Positions 1-7,952 of a stretch of 40,982 bases of DNA are shown here, one piece after another. The stretch spans positions 1-40,982 of the forward strand of contig JANWXO010000004.1 of NCBI GenBank assembly GCA_025057295.1. Reading direction: 5' to 3'. Position 1 is the first letter of the stretch. The number at the start of each line of letters is the position of its first letter. The translations under genes and the position numbers were made by a program. The notes beneath the pieces are model-generated. The model saw nothing but the letters and a program-made list of their open reading frames with translations. It did not search any database and was not told the origin of the DNA. The stretch is from Candidatus Binatia bacterium. GTDB lineage: Bacteria > Desulfobacterota > Binatia > Bin18.

Positions 1-2719
1 TCTCCGCCGCAGTTTCCAGGCATGTCGCGTACCATCGCGTTACTTTGTCTCGAAGCCGTTCATCCGACCTGAGGCGTTCGAGGGGAGCCTCAGCAGGTAT
101 GGCATCGGAGAGTAAATTCTTCCACTCTCCCACGGTCAGTTGTTCCATTCGGGTGCGGAGACCGACCGGGTTGACAAGCCAGTCGCGGACGGCGTCCTTG
201 TCGTTTTCAAAGACATCGAGGTCTACGACGGGCAGGAGATCCCCTATGGCTTGCTCGGTTTTCTTCTCTGGCAGCCAAAGTTTGGCGAGAGGTATGTTTT
301 CTTTTCTTCCACCCCGCGTTGGCAGGCGTAGGAGCTCGCGGATTTCCCACCACCACTTCGCATCTATCTGCCATGGCCTATCGTATTGTTCTCGGCTTAA
401 CCTTCCCTCGGCACGAATTTTGGCACGGCAGCAGTAGTAGGTCTCCCAGTTCTTCGCTATCAAACGAATAAGCAAGGGAGCATGGGCGCTGTCGATATCC
501 TTTATCGCAAGATGGTCCAGGGTAGAGACTGCCTCAACTTTGCTGACCCTTCGACCCGAAGGATCTTTTTCTTTGTCCAGATATCCCTTCCACTGGTCAC
601 ATCCTTGTGGTAATTGCCCCAACGCGGTGTTTCTCGACTGCTCCACAATCCTTGGACACTCAGCAACACCAAGCCACTTCAAGACCCCGCGCAACTTTTC
701 AGCATCGCCAAGCTTCTCATCTCTTGCAACCCACGGTACTCCTCGGATGCCATCATAGAGCTTAGCAAGCAAATCGTTTCCCCATTCGCAGCCGAAGTAA
801 GCTTTACCAGCCTCTGTCCAGGTTGCTCCGCCCGCCTGTTGCGCAAGCGGCACGGGACACCGCTTGAGCTCGTCTGTGACTTTAACCGTCTCATACCAAT
901 CCTGCTCCAAAATGAAACGTAGAAAGCGCTGCGGATCGCCTTGTTTGTCTGCCCAGTAGTTCGCAATCGCTTGACCGACAGCACGCTGAATAACATCCAC
1001 TCCAGGTTCCTTAATTCCCAGCTCTTCGACAAGCTTCTTAACCGAATCCCTCTGCCTCGCTTCACTTTGGATTCGGTCGCGGAACCAGTCCTCCACGAAG
1101 GTCAGCGGCAGCCAATCGGGCAGATTGCCTACAGCAGCATTGGGCTTCCACGTTACAATGCGATCGACAAGGTCGGATGGTTGCAAAAGCCGGTTGCCAA
1201 CAGGAATTATTGGCAAGTTTTTCGCTTGTTCTACTCGCTTCTTGTGTTCTTCGCCATATGGTTTCGCGCCTACCCAAGCAGCAAGCCACTCCCAACAAGT
1301 CCAGACCCATTGTGTATCGCCGGCGAGCGAGTCTGCATTCTCGGCGATAGCCGCCATCAAGGCTTGATCCCGGATTTGCTCGCAGTTCAATGCTTCAAGT
1401 GCCGTGCATGCCTCCTTGTCGTCATCGAACGAGGGGTGCAGCAGTCGATCACGGACACTTGTAGCCTTGAGCAAGGTGCTCGCCAAGTCGGCACGGACGC
1501 TGAAGGAAATAAATTTAGCCTCGCGAACGGTGAGCCGTTTCTGACCTTCGACGTCAGCAAGTCGCAAGCCTGCTCTTGCTTTTGCAGCTATGCGCTGCCA
1601 GAGGTCATCGGCAACCGGATGGGATGCTCTGTCGCCGAACGGAACAAGTAGGGCAGCATGACTGCTCGGGGATGCTGGGCAGTATGAATCGTCGACGAAG
1701 TTGCAGACATGACACGCGAGCCTGTCGGCGACCCACTCATTAAATGGACTGCTGTCTATCGGTATAATGGCTGTTCGGTCACCCTTCACCAAGAACTCGG
1801 CGTGAAGCAGCAGCCGCACGGGGCCCATCTGCTCCGTGGGATAGAAAACATGGACGGGAAGCCAGTTTGATGTCGGAATGACACAATTGCTTTCAATCGG
1901 AGCAGCGATGAGGAAGCTGACCTGGTGCTCCGACGGCCCCAGTCCCTGCAGCACCTCCTCAGGAGGTGACTCCGTGTGTTTGACTACACGCCACTGAACC
2001 GGAGTCCGTCCTCGGCTGTCGCTTAACGACCAGACACCGTCGCCGGGATTCAGGACCACCTTCAGTCCGGGGGCTGTGATTTCCCGAAGGTGCCGGAAGG
2101 CAAAGAGCGCATGTGGCGGCCACTCCCCCAGCAGTTGCTCTGCCTTCTGCTTGCCCTCAGGAGAAATGCCAGGCAGCCTGACGACCGTTCTGTATTGCGA
2201 AAAATCCCTGAGTTTCGGATCTTGCTGGTGCGCCTCATTCCATGAGATGGGAAACGGAATCCATTGGTAAGGCACATGCTCGTCATTGAGACCATTTTCG
2301 CAGAGCCACGCCCTGGTCTTCGCAAAACTGAACTCGACACCTTCGCCGTCTACCATGAGCACTTGCGGATTTTGAGAAATCTCGTACACCGACTTGAACC
2401 CTACACCTTTACGGCCTATGGTACCGGCAACCTTGTCCGAGAGATCGGTACCGCAGATGGCGCTTATGCTTTCAGGCTTCAGCCCACAACCATTGTCTGC
2501 CACATAGACAGTGTCGTCCTCGACGAGGATCAGGACCTTTGAGGCACGTGCATCATCGCTATTCTGCAAGAGCTCAAAGAGCCATCGTCCGACATGGTCT
2601 TTGGCTGCCCGATCCGCCCCGCGTGCGTCGCGGACTATTTGGTCGGGGTCGGCCTTGTAGACATTAAGGCGTTTGGTTCTGAATTGTTCGATAGCGTCTT
2701 CGAATGGTCTGTCTTTCAT
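1..2719 (-). CDS. Sacsin-like / NO VEIN-like N-terminal GHKL (HATPase) domain protein, >=906 aa, partial (3' end runs off the left edge)
   Basis: Manual translation from ATG at 2719: MKDRPFEDAIEQFRTKRLNVYKADPDQIVRDARGADRAAKDHVGRWLFELLQNSDDA...VADNGCG...IGRKGVGFKSVY (GHKL motifs I-III), and later HVFYPTEQMGPVRLLLHAEFLVKGDR. The frame was open at every spot checked down to base 2. It is missing from the ORF track, consistent with having no stop inside the window. Confidence 0.85.
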   Translation of the reverse strand, partial: MKDRPFEDAIEQFRTKRLNVYKADPDQIVRDARGADRAAKDHVGRWLFELLQNSDDARASKVLILVEDDTVYVADNGCGLKPESISAICGTDLSDKVAGTIGRKGVGFKSVYEISQNPQVLMVDGEGVEFSFAKTRAWLCENGLNDEHVPYQWIPFPISWNEAHQQDPKLRDFSQYRTVVRLPGISPEGKQKAEQLLGEWPPHALFAFRHLREITAPGLKVVLNPGDGVWSLSDSRGRTPVQWRVVKHTESPPEEVLQGLGPSEHQVSFLIAAPIESNCVIPTSNWLPVHVFYPTEQMGPVRLLLHAEFLVKGDRTAIIPIDSSPFNEWVADRLACHVCNFVDDSYCPASPSSHAALLVPFGDRASHPVADDLWQRIAAKARAGLRLADVEGQKRLTVREAKFISFSVRADLASTLLKATSVRDRLLHPSFDDDKEACTALEALNCEQIRDQALMAAIAENADSLAGDTQWVWTCWEWLAAWVGAKPYGEEHKKRVEQAKNLPIIPVGNRLLQPSDLVDRIVTWKPNAAVGNLPDWLPLTFVEDWFRDRIQSEARQRDSVKKLVEELGIKEPGVDVIQRAVGQAIANYWADKQGDPQRFLRFILEQDWYETVKVTDELKRCPVPLAQQAGGATWTEAGKAYFGCEWGNDLLAKLYDGIRGVPWVARDEKLGDAEKLRGVLKWLGVAECPRIVEQSRNTALGQLPQGCDQWKGYLDKEKDPSGRRVSKVEAVSTLDHLAIKDIDSAHAPLLIRLIAKNWETYYCCRAKIRAEGRLSREQYDRPWQIDAKWWWEIRELLRLPTRGGRKENIPLAKLWLPEKKTEQAIGDLLPVVDLDVFENDKDAVRDWLVNPVGLRTRMEQLTVGEWKNLLSDAIPAEAPLERLRSDERLRDKVTRWYATCLETAAE

Positions 2720-2965
2720 GTGCAGAACACGAATTAGGCAACTCTGCAGATTACTCTTTGTAGACGCCGGGTGGCTCTCCTGGTGCATCCATCGCTCTCC
2801 GCTTTCACGGTCTTCTCCGATACCGTTGGCTAGTCTCAACCCCTGATCATGGGGGATCGCCCGCGGCCAGGTCAAGGTGCGCTCGGCGTAAAGACAGTCG
2901 GCGATGCCCAGTTCCAGACCCTGACGGCCGTTATGTGTTCCAGCGCAGATATCCCGTAGAGATCC

Positions 2966-3133
2966 TCATTCGGAGCCGCGTGAGCGGCGTCGGGTGATCT
3001 CCGGTTCTGTGGGAAGGTGCACGGTCCTGATCAGCACCGCGAAGCCACAGACGATGTCGAACTCGTCAGGGTTGAAGGACCGTCCTTGCCGGACCTCCTT
3101 ACGCGGGGCGGAAACTTTGCACCAAGGTTCCAT
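2966..3133 (-). pseudogene. N-terminal stub of a DUF499 (AAA+ ATPase) family protein
   Basis: The 55 aa ORF begins MEPWCKVSAPRKEVRQGRSFNPDEFDI, matching the DUF499 N-terminus as I recall it (MEPWYKVxxPRKEVREGRSFNPDEFAI). Similarity stops after ~27 codons. Confidence 0.65.
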
Positions 3134-3145
3134 GACGATGTCTCT

Positions 3146-3367
3146 CTAGGGTGTCGTTCGATACTCGATCTTGCGGGCATCGGTAACGCGCTTCGACGCG
3201 TCGAGCAGACGTTTCTCCTCGCTGCCCTTCGGGTAGAGAGCGAAGAGCGCGTTGGCGAGCCGGAGAAACTCCGGGCCGCTGACGTGGACGGTCTCCTCTC
3301 GCATCGGCTCGCTGAACAACGAGCCAGTGAGAATCTGTCCTTGACGTAGGAGCTGCTTCTCACTCAT
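3146..3367 (-). pseudogene. Chimeric remnant: SNF2-type helicase N-terminus joined to DUF1156 DNA methylase C-terminus
   Basis: 73 aa: MSEKQLLRQGQILTGSLFSEPMREETV (resembles the start of helicases of DUF499/DUF1156 loci) followed by GPEFLRLANALFALYPKGSEEKRLLDA (resembles the end of DUF1156 methylases). Family assignments are from recall. Confidence 0.6.
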
Positions 3368-3479
3368 CGTGGCGATTTCTTCCGCGGGAGTGTCGTATCT
3401 CGTATGTCCACTTTTTCCTTGCAAGGGCGAGCCGCTGTCGCAGCTCCCGGATGAGCGCGGGGACGTTCTCATTCTTCAC
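3360..3479 (-). pseudogene. Stub of an XRE-family HTH regulator
   Basis: GTG start with a GAGGTG Shine-Dalgarno. MKNENVPALIRELRQRLAL resembles helix 1 of XRE/Cro proteins, but no recognition helix follows. 39 aa. Confidence 0.4.
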
Positions 3480-3637
3480 GGCGACACCTCGAACCCTGGC
3501 CTGCGAACGCGCTGGGGACTATCTGGGACGGCATGGGCATCGCTCTCGTAGTCGATACGGTCGTCGTGCACGAACCAGCGCCACACTCCCGGGACCACCT
3601 CGTCAATCTGCTGGGCTATTGCTTTGGGTTCCGACAT
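3476..3637 (-). pseudogene. Truncated gene, probably the N-terminus of a metallo-beta-lactamase-fold hydrolase
   Basis: ATG 8 nt after the moaD stop. MSEPKAIAQQIDEVVPGVWRWFVHDDRIDYESDAHAV then degenerates and stops at 53 aa. No HxHxDH motif is reached. Confidence 0.45.
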
Positions 3638-3645
3638 GATCAGCT

Positions 3646-3888
3646 TTACCCGCCTGCGACCGGCGGGAAAATGCTCACCGCATCCCCGTCAGCCAGCGGA
3701 CGGTCAAACTCGCGGGTCTGCTCGCCGTTGATCAGCACCATCTGTGCCAGCTCCACAGGAATATTGAGCTGACGCAGCAGGGTCGCGAGGGTCGCTCCCT
3801 CGTCGAGGGTCAGGATGGCTTTCCCACCCGAAGCTCCAGAGGGGAGATGCTTACGCAGAGTGGCAAAGAGTTTGACTTCGATTCGCAT
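3646..3888 (-). CDS. moaD: MoaD/ThiS family sulfur carrier (AOR-associated)
   Basis: 80 aa ubiquitin-like protein MRIEVKLFATLR...IFPPVAGG with C-terminal GG, located at the end of the AOR operon. Confidence 0.9.
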   Translation of the reverse strand: MRIEVKLFATLRKHLPSGASGGKAILTLDEGATLATLLRQLNIPVELAQMVLINGEQTREFDRPLADGDAVSIFPPVAGG

Positions 3889-3948
3889 CAGATTCTCGTC
3901 TCGTCCAGTCTTGGTCCGTCTGGACAGCCCCATGTGGCCGCCTTGATC

Positions 3949-3999
3949 CTGCGGGCGACCACCTCGGGTCTGCGGGCGACCACCTCGGGTCGCCCCTAC
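3949..3999 (-). repeat. GTAG-type REP-like palindrome with a 21 bp tandem duplication
   Basis: ctgcgggcgaccacctcgggt occurs twice (3949-3969, 3970-3990). The minus strand reads GTAG-GGGCGACC-cgaggt-GGTCGCCC, a hairpin preceded by GTAG. Confidence 0.7.
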
Positions 4000-5450
4000 G
4001 TGCTCTTCCCGATCCCCGGTGTCGGGGTGGGTTTCAGCTCAGTGTACCGTGCCGGGCGTGTACCGACCAGCAGCGCGTGTGGAGCTTTGTGCCACGGTGG
4101 CGGCTGCACCCCACCCACGCGATAGGCACGGTCACGCGCGGGAGCGCCAAGCAGCGTCCGCTGAATCAATGTGTTTGCCACGCCACTGCCCACATAGGCA
4201 CGCCGCAGATCGGTCGGATGTGCGCGCACATACTTCGCCCAGGCGCCAAGGGACTGCTTCGTCTGGATCAACCCCTTTGCCATCCCGACATCGTTCAGCA
4301 GGGTGACGTCCTCGCTCGGTCCGACAAACAGGGCGCCCACCAAACGATCGTCTTCCCAGACATATTTGCGATAGAGCGGCCGCGTGGGGTTGTAGACCAC
4401 GGTCACTTCCCGTCCTGCTTCCTGCCAGCGACCAAAGCTGGCACAGTGCAGTTTGAGGACGTCGAGGACGTTCATCAGCAGGCTCCCCGGGTAGCGCACC
4501 TCTCTCCCGGCCATGTTGGCACCCGCAATCCGTCCATGATCTACCGCCGTCGGTTGAATAGCATGGATGGCCGTCCGCAATGGGCCTCCCCCTGGTGCGC
4601 CACTCAACAGGTCGGGACCTGCGGCAACATCCCCAGCGGCGTAAATGCCAGGAATGCTGGTCTGCATACGATCGTCGACGACGACCCCTTCGTCGATGGT
4701 GATCCCGGAGCCGCGCAGAAACTCCACGTTCGGCCGGATCCCCGTGGCCACAATCACCAGATCGGCGGTGAGCGTCGCTCCCGTGCTCAACGCGAGACTC
4801 AGTTTCCCGCTACCGGAACGAGCGATTTCGCGGACGTGACAGCCGGTCTGGAGTACCACCCCGCGGGCACGCAGCCACCCTTCGACCGCTTTTGCCCCTT
4901 GCGCATCGAGCATGCGCGGCAAGACGTGGTCTTCGAGTTCCACGACCGAGAGCTTCCACCCCAGCTTGGCCATGGCGTTGAGGACGATGAAGCCGATAAA
5001 ACCGGCCCCGATGAGGACCGCCTCCGGGGTCCCGTGCCCTTTGGCGATCACCGTGCGGGCATCGTCCAGCGTCCAGAATGTGTATACCCCCTCCTGGTCG
5101 ATCCCTGGGATCGGCGGACGCTGTGGTGAAGCGCCGGTGGCAATGAGGAGCGTATCGAAGGATACCATGCCACCGTCACTGAGGGTGAGCGTGCGTGCCT
5201 GGGTGTCTACTTGTTGCACACGCACCCCCAGGCGCGCTTCCACCCCCTGGCGCGCAAAATAGGCTTGGTCGCCGATCAGCACCTGCCCTTCGGCAATGTC
5301 CCGTGCCAGATAGTAGGGCAATGCCATGCGTGCGTAGGCCGGCTCGTCGGAAATGAGGGTGATCGACGCCGCCTGCCCTGCCAGCACCCGGATGGTTTCC
5401 AGAGCCGCTATCCCGGCCGGCCCGCCACCGATAATGACGTGTCGTGTCAT
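3996..5450 (-). CDS. FAD-dependent NAD(P)H oxidoreductase (AorC-like subunit)
   Basis: Rossmann motifs VIIGGGPAG and LIGAGFIG, plus ATG and IYAAGD motifs. Start at MTRHV. Directly downstream of AOR. Confidence 0.88.
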   Translation of the reverse strand: MTRHVIIGGGPAGIAALETIRVLAGQAASITLISDEPAYARMALPYYLARDIAEGQVLIGDQAYFARQGVEARLGVRVQQVDTQARTLTLSDGGMVSFDTLLIATGASPQRPPIPGIDQEGVYTFWTLDDARTVIAKGHGTPEAVLIGAGFIGFIVLNAMAKLGWKLSVVELEDHVLPRMLDAQGAKAVEGWLRARGVVLQTGCHVREIARSGSGKLSLALSTGATLTADLVIVATGIRPNVEFLRGSGITIDEGVVVDDRMQTSIPGIYAAGDVAAGPDLLSGAPGGGPLRTAIHAIQPTAVDHGRIAGANMAGREVRYPGSLLMNVLDVLKLHCASFGRWQEAGREVTVVYNPTRPLYRKYVWEDDRLVGALFVGPSEDVTLLNDVGMAKGLIQTKQSLGAWAKYVRAHPTDLRRAYVGSGVANTLIQRTLLGAPARDRAYRVGGVQPPPWHKAPHALLVGTRPARYTELKPTPTPGIGKST

Positions 5451-5490
5451 ACGTGCCTCGCTCTGCTCGGGTCTCCAATGCTGCCCCAGG

Positions 5491-7335
5491 TCAGACAAGG
5501 CCGAGCTCTTGCAGCTTCTCCCGCGTGATCCGGCCCTCGGCATCCCACCCGCGCAGGCGGTAGTACTCGGGCAGCATCTCGCCGAGCCTGTTGACCTGCC
5601 CTTTGGCCGGTCCGGACGGCAGCGGCTCTTCCAGAATGCGCCTGGGCAGGGTGTCGTCCTTGCCGGTCAACCCGGCCCGCTCGTTCCACCAGCGCTCCAG
5701 GTTCCAGATGCGTTCGCCGATCTTGAGCAGCTCCTCCAGCGTATACTGCACTCCAGTCGCCGCAACGAGCTGCGGCAGAATCTCTTCCAAACCGATGCCA
5801 AAGGTGAGGAACTGACAGAGACCGGTGGCATCGACCGTCGCCGTGGCGTCTTGAAACAGTTTGGTGAGTTCGGCCTTCCCTTCGGTTGCCCGCGGGTCCA
5901 TCTGGCGTGGCAACCCCAGAATCTCAGCGGCGACGGTATACGCCTTGAGATGACACGCCCCTCGATTGGAGGTCGCGTAGCCGAGGCCCATCCCTTGAAT
6001 GGCCCGAGCCTCGTAGGCGGCAAACTCTTGCCCCTTGACCCCCATGAAGAGCTCCGGTCGCCCAAACTTCTCGGTCATGCGTTTCGAGCCCTCGGCCAGT
6101 TCGTGGCCGAAACCTTCGCGGTACGCCGTCTTCTCCGCCATGACGAGGAGCGCCTCGGCGCTGCCGAAGGTCAGCGGGATCTCGGTCTGTGCCAGCGAGA
6201 TCGCCCCTTTTTCGTACAGCTCCATCGCCGCCGCGACCGTCGCACCAAAACTGATGGCGTCCATGCCAAGCTCGTTGCAGAGCCAGTTGGCCTTGATCAG
6301 GGCATCGAGATCCCCTATCCCACACTGCGCTCCCAGCGCCCACGCCGCCTCATACTCCGGTCCCTCGCCGGCGATCTGCCAATTGTGCGGGTGGGTCGTC
6401 ACCATATACTTTCCCGCCGCCTCGCCCGGCAGAGCCGTCACTCGTCCACAGGCAATCGTACAGGCAAAACAGGCTTTGTTCGCGACCAGGCGGGTTTCGG
6501 TGAGCCGCTCGCCGCTGATCTCCTCGGCCCGCTCGAATACGCTCTGCTGGTGGTTGCGCGTGGGCAGCGCGCCATGTTCGTTGATCACGTTCACCAACAC
6601 TTCGGTGCCGTAAATCGGCAGTCCCTGGGAGGTGACGGGCGACTCGCGCAGCTTCACCTTCATAGCCCAATGGGCTGCGAAAAACGCGTGGGGATCGGCC
6701 AACCGCACGCCTCCGGTCCCGCGCACGGCGATGGCTTTCAACTGCTTCGATCCCATGACAGCCCCTACACCAGAGCGCCCCGCTGCCCGATGGAGGTCGT
6801 TCATAATACAGGCGAACCGCACCAGCTTTTCCCCTGCCGGCCCGATGCTGGCAACGATCGCGTCCGGCACGCCCAGCTCCTGGCGCAGGTGCTCCTCAGC
6901 CTCCCACACCGTTTTGCCCCAGAGATGGCCAGCATCACGGATTTCCACGCGATCATCGTAGATCCACAGGTAACAGGGCGTCGCTGCACGGCCTTCCACG
7001 ATGAGCAGATCGTAGCCGGCTGCCTTGAGCTCCGGTCCCCAATGGCCGCCGGAATTGGAGGTGGTGATCGCGTTCGTCAGCGGCCCCTTGGTGACCACCA
7101 TGTAACGCGCCCCGCAGGAGGCATTGGTGCCGGTCAGCGGTCCGGTGGCAAATATCAACTTGTTCTCTGGGCTCAAAGGATCGATCTGGGGGTCCACTTC
7201 GGCAAAGAGGTACCTGGCCCCCAGCCCTCGGCCCCCGATAAAATCCCGTGCCCACTCCTCCCGCAGCGGCTCTTTGCTGATCTGCCGCGTGGTGAGATTG
7301 ACCCGCAGTAGCGTACCAGTCCAGCCGTACATCAT
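5491..7335 (-). CDS. Aldehyde ferredoxin oxidoreductase family protein (W-pterin catalytic subunit, AorB-like)
   Basis: MYGWTGTLLRVNL, FIGGRGLG, AGRSGVGAVMGSK, CFACTIAC, EGPEYE, NELGMDAIS, GLCQF, EYYRLRGWD. AGGAGG RBS and ATGA overlap with the upstream Fe-S gene. Confidence 0.95.
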   Translation of the reverse strand: MMYGWTGTLLRVNLTTRQISKEPLREEWARDFIGGRGLGARYLFAEVDPQIDPLSPENKLIFATGPLTGTNASCGARYMVVTKGPLTNAITTSNSGGHWGPELKAAGYDLLIVEGRAATPCYLWIYDDRVEIRDAGHLWGKTVWEAEEHLRQELGVPDAIVASIGPAGEKLVRFACIMNDLHRAAGRSGVGAVMGSKQLKAIAVRGTGGVRLADPHAFFAAHWAMKVKLRESPVTSQGLPIYGTEVLVNVINEHGALPTRNHQQSVFERAEEISGERLTETRLVANKACFACTIACGRVTALPGEAAGKYMVTTHPHNWQIAGEGPEYEAAWALGAQCGIGDLDALIKANWLCNELGMDAISFGATVAAAMELYEKGAISLAQTEIPLTFGSAEALLVMAEKTAYREGFGHELAEGSKRMTEKFGRPELFMGVKGQEFAAYEARAIQGMGLGYATSNRGACHLKAYTVAAEILGLPRQMDPRATEGKAELTKLFQDATATVDATGLCQFLTFGIGLEEILPQLVAATGVQYTLEELLKIGERIWNLERWWNERAGLTGKDDTLPRRILEEPLPSGPAKGQVNRLGEMLPEYYRLRGWDAEGRITREKLQELGLV

Positions 7336-7817
7336 GCGCTGCCTCCTTCCTGTAGGGCCTGCACTCCGGTGCTGACTCGCTGCGCCCAAGACGCGAGCCA
7401 GTCCGGCTGCCCCATCTCCACGTACGCGATCGCCTCGGTGGGACATGCTGTGACACAGGCCGGGTCTCCGCCGCATAGGTCGCACTTGAAGGCTTTGTGC
7501 GTGTCGGGATTGTAGAACACCGTGCCATAGGGGCAGGCGATAGTGCAGACCGCACAGCCCACACAGACACTATCGAGCACGACCTTCGCACCGGTCGCAG
7601 GGTCGAGGGCGATGGCATTGACCGGACAGGCCGTCATGCACCACGCCTCGTCGCACTGGAAACAGGTATAAGGCGCATAGCTCGCCTGCTCATCGAACAC
7701 GTACACCCGGATCACCGAGCGAGAAGGTTGAAAGGTGCCGGTTTGCACGAAAGAACAGGCGAGCTCGCACTGCATGCAGCCCGTACATCTGTCGGGGATA
7801 ATCCGCAGTTGCCTCAT
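7332..7817 (-). CDS. 4Fe-4S dicluster domain protein (AorA/DmsB-like electron-transfer subunit)
   Basis: Four Cys groups: CTGCMQCELAC, CFQCDEAWCMTACP, CVGCAVCTIACP, CDLCGGDPACVTACP. Confidence 0.93.
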   Translation of the reverse strand: MRQLRIIPDRCTGCMQCELACSFVQTGTFQPSRSVIRVYVFDEQASYAPYTCFQCDEAWCMTACPVNAIALDPATGAKVVLDSVCVGCAVCTIACPYGTVFYNPDTHKAFKCDLCGGDPACVTACPTEAIAYVEMGQPDWLASWAQRVSTGVQALQEGGSA

Positions 7818-7855
7818 AAACCTCTTCCTTTCTGCCGCGGAAAGTCTCGTGTTGC

Positions 7856-7936
7856 CCCTTCGACACGCTCAGGAGGGACGGGAGAGCTCGCCCGAGCGCA
7901 AACCCGCTCGCGCCGAGCCTGAGCAGAGTCGAAGGG
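7856..7936. repeat. Intergenic inverted-repeat (REP/MITE-like) element
   Basis: Arms cccttcgacacgctcagg (7856-7873) and cctgagcagagtcgaaggg (7918-7936) are near-perfect reverse complements. Confidence 0.7.
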
Positions 7937-7952
7937 CGCCCCTTTCCCCTCT

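Noticed and set aside
941-1651. 236 aa plus-strand ORF and other short ORFs in 1-2600
   Set aside because: They lie opposite or out of frame with the long GHKL ATPase gene, which has clear motifs.
2720-2965. Possible further gene remnant between the DUF499 stub and the GHKL gene (LELGIADCLYAERTL...)
   Set aside because: I could not match it to any family with confidence.
5353-7311. 652 aa plus-strand ORF
   Set aside because: Antisense shadow of the AOR gene with no recognisable motifs; expected in high-GC DNA.
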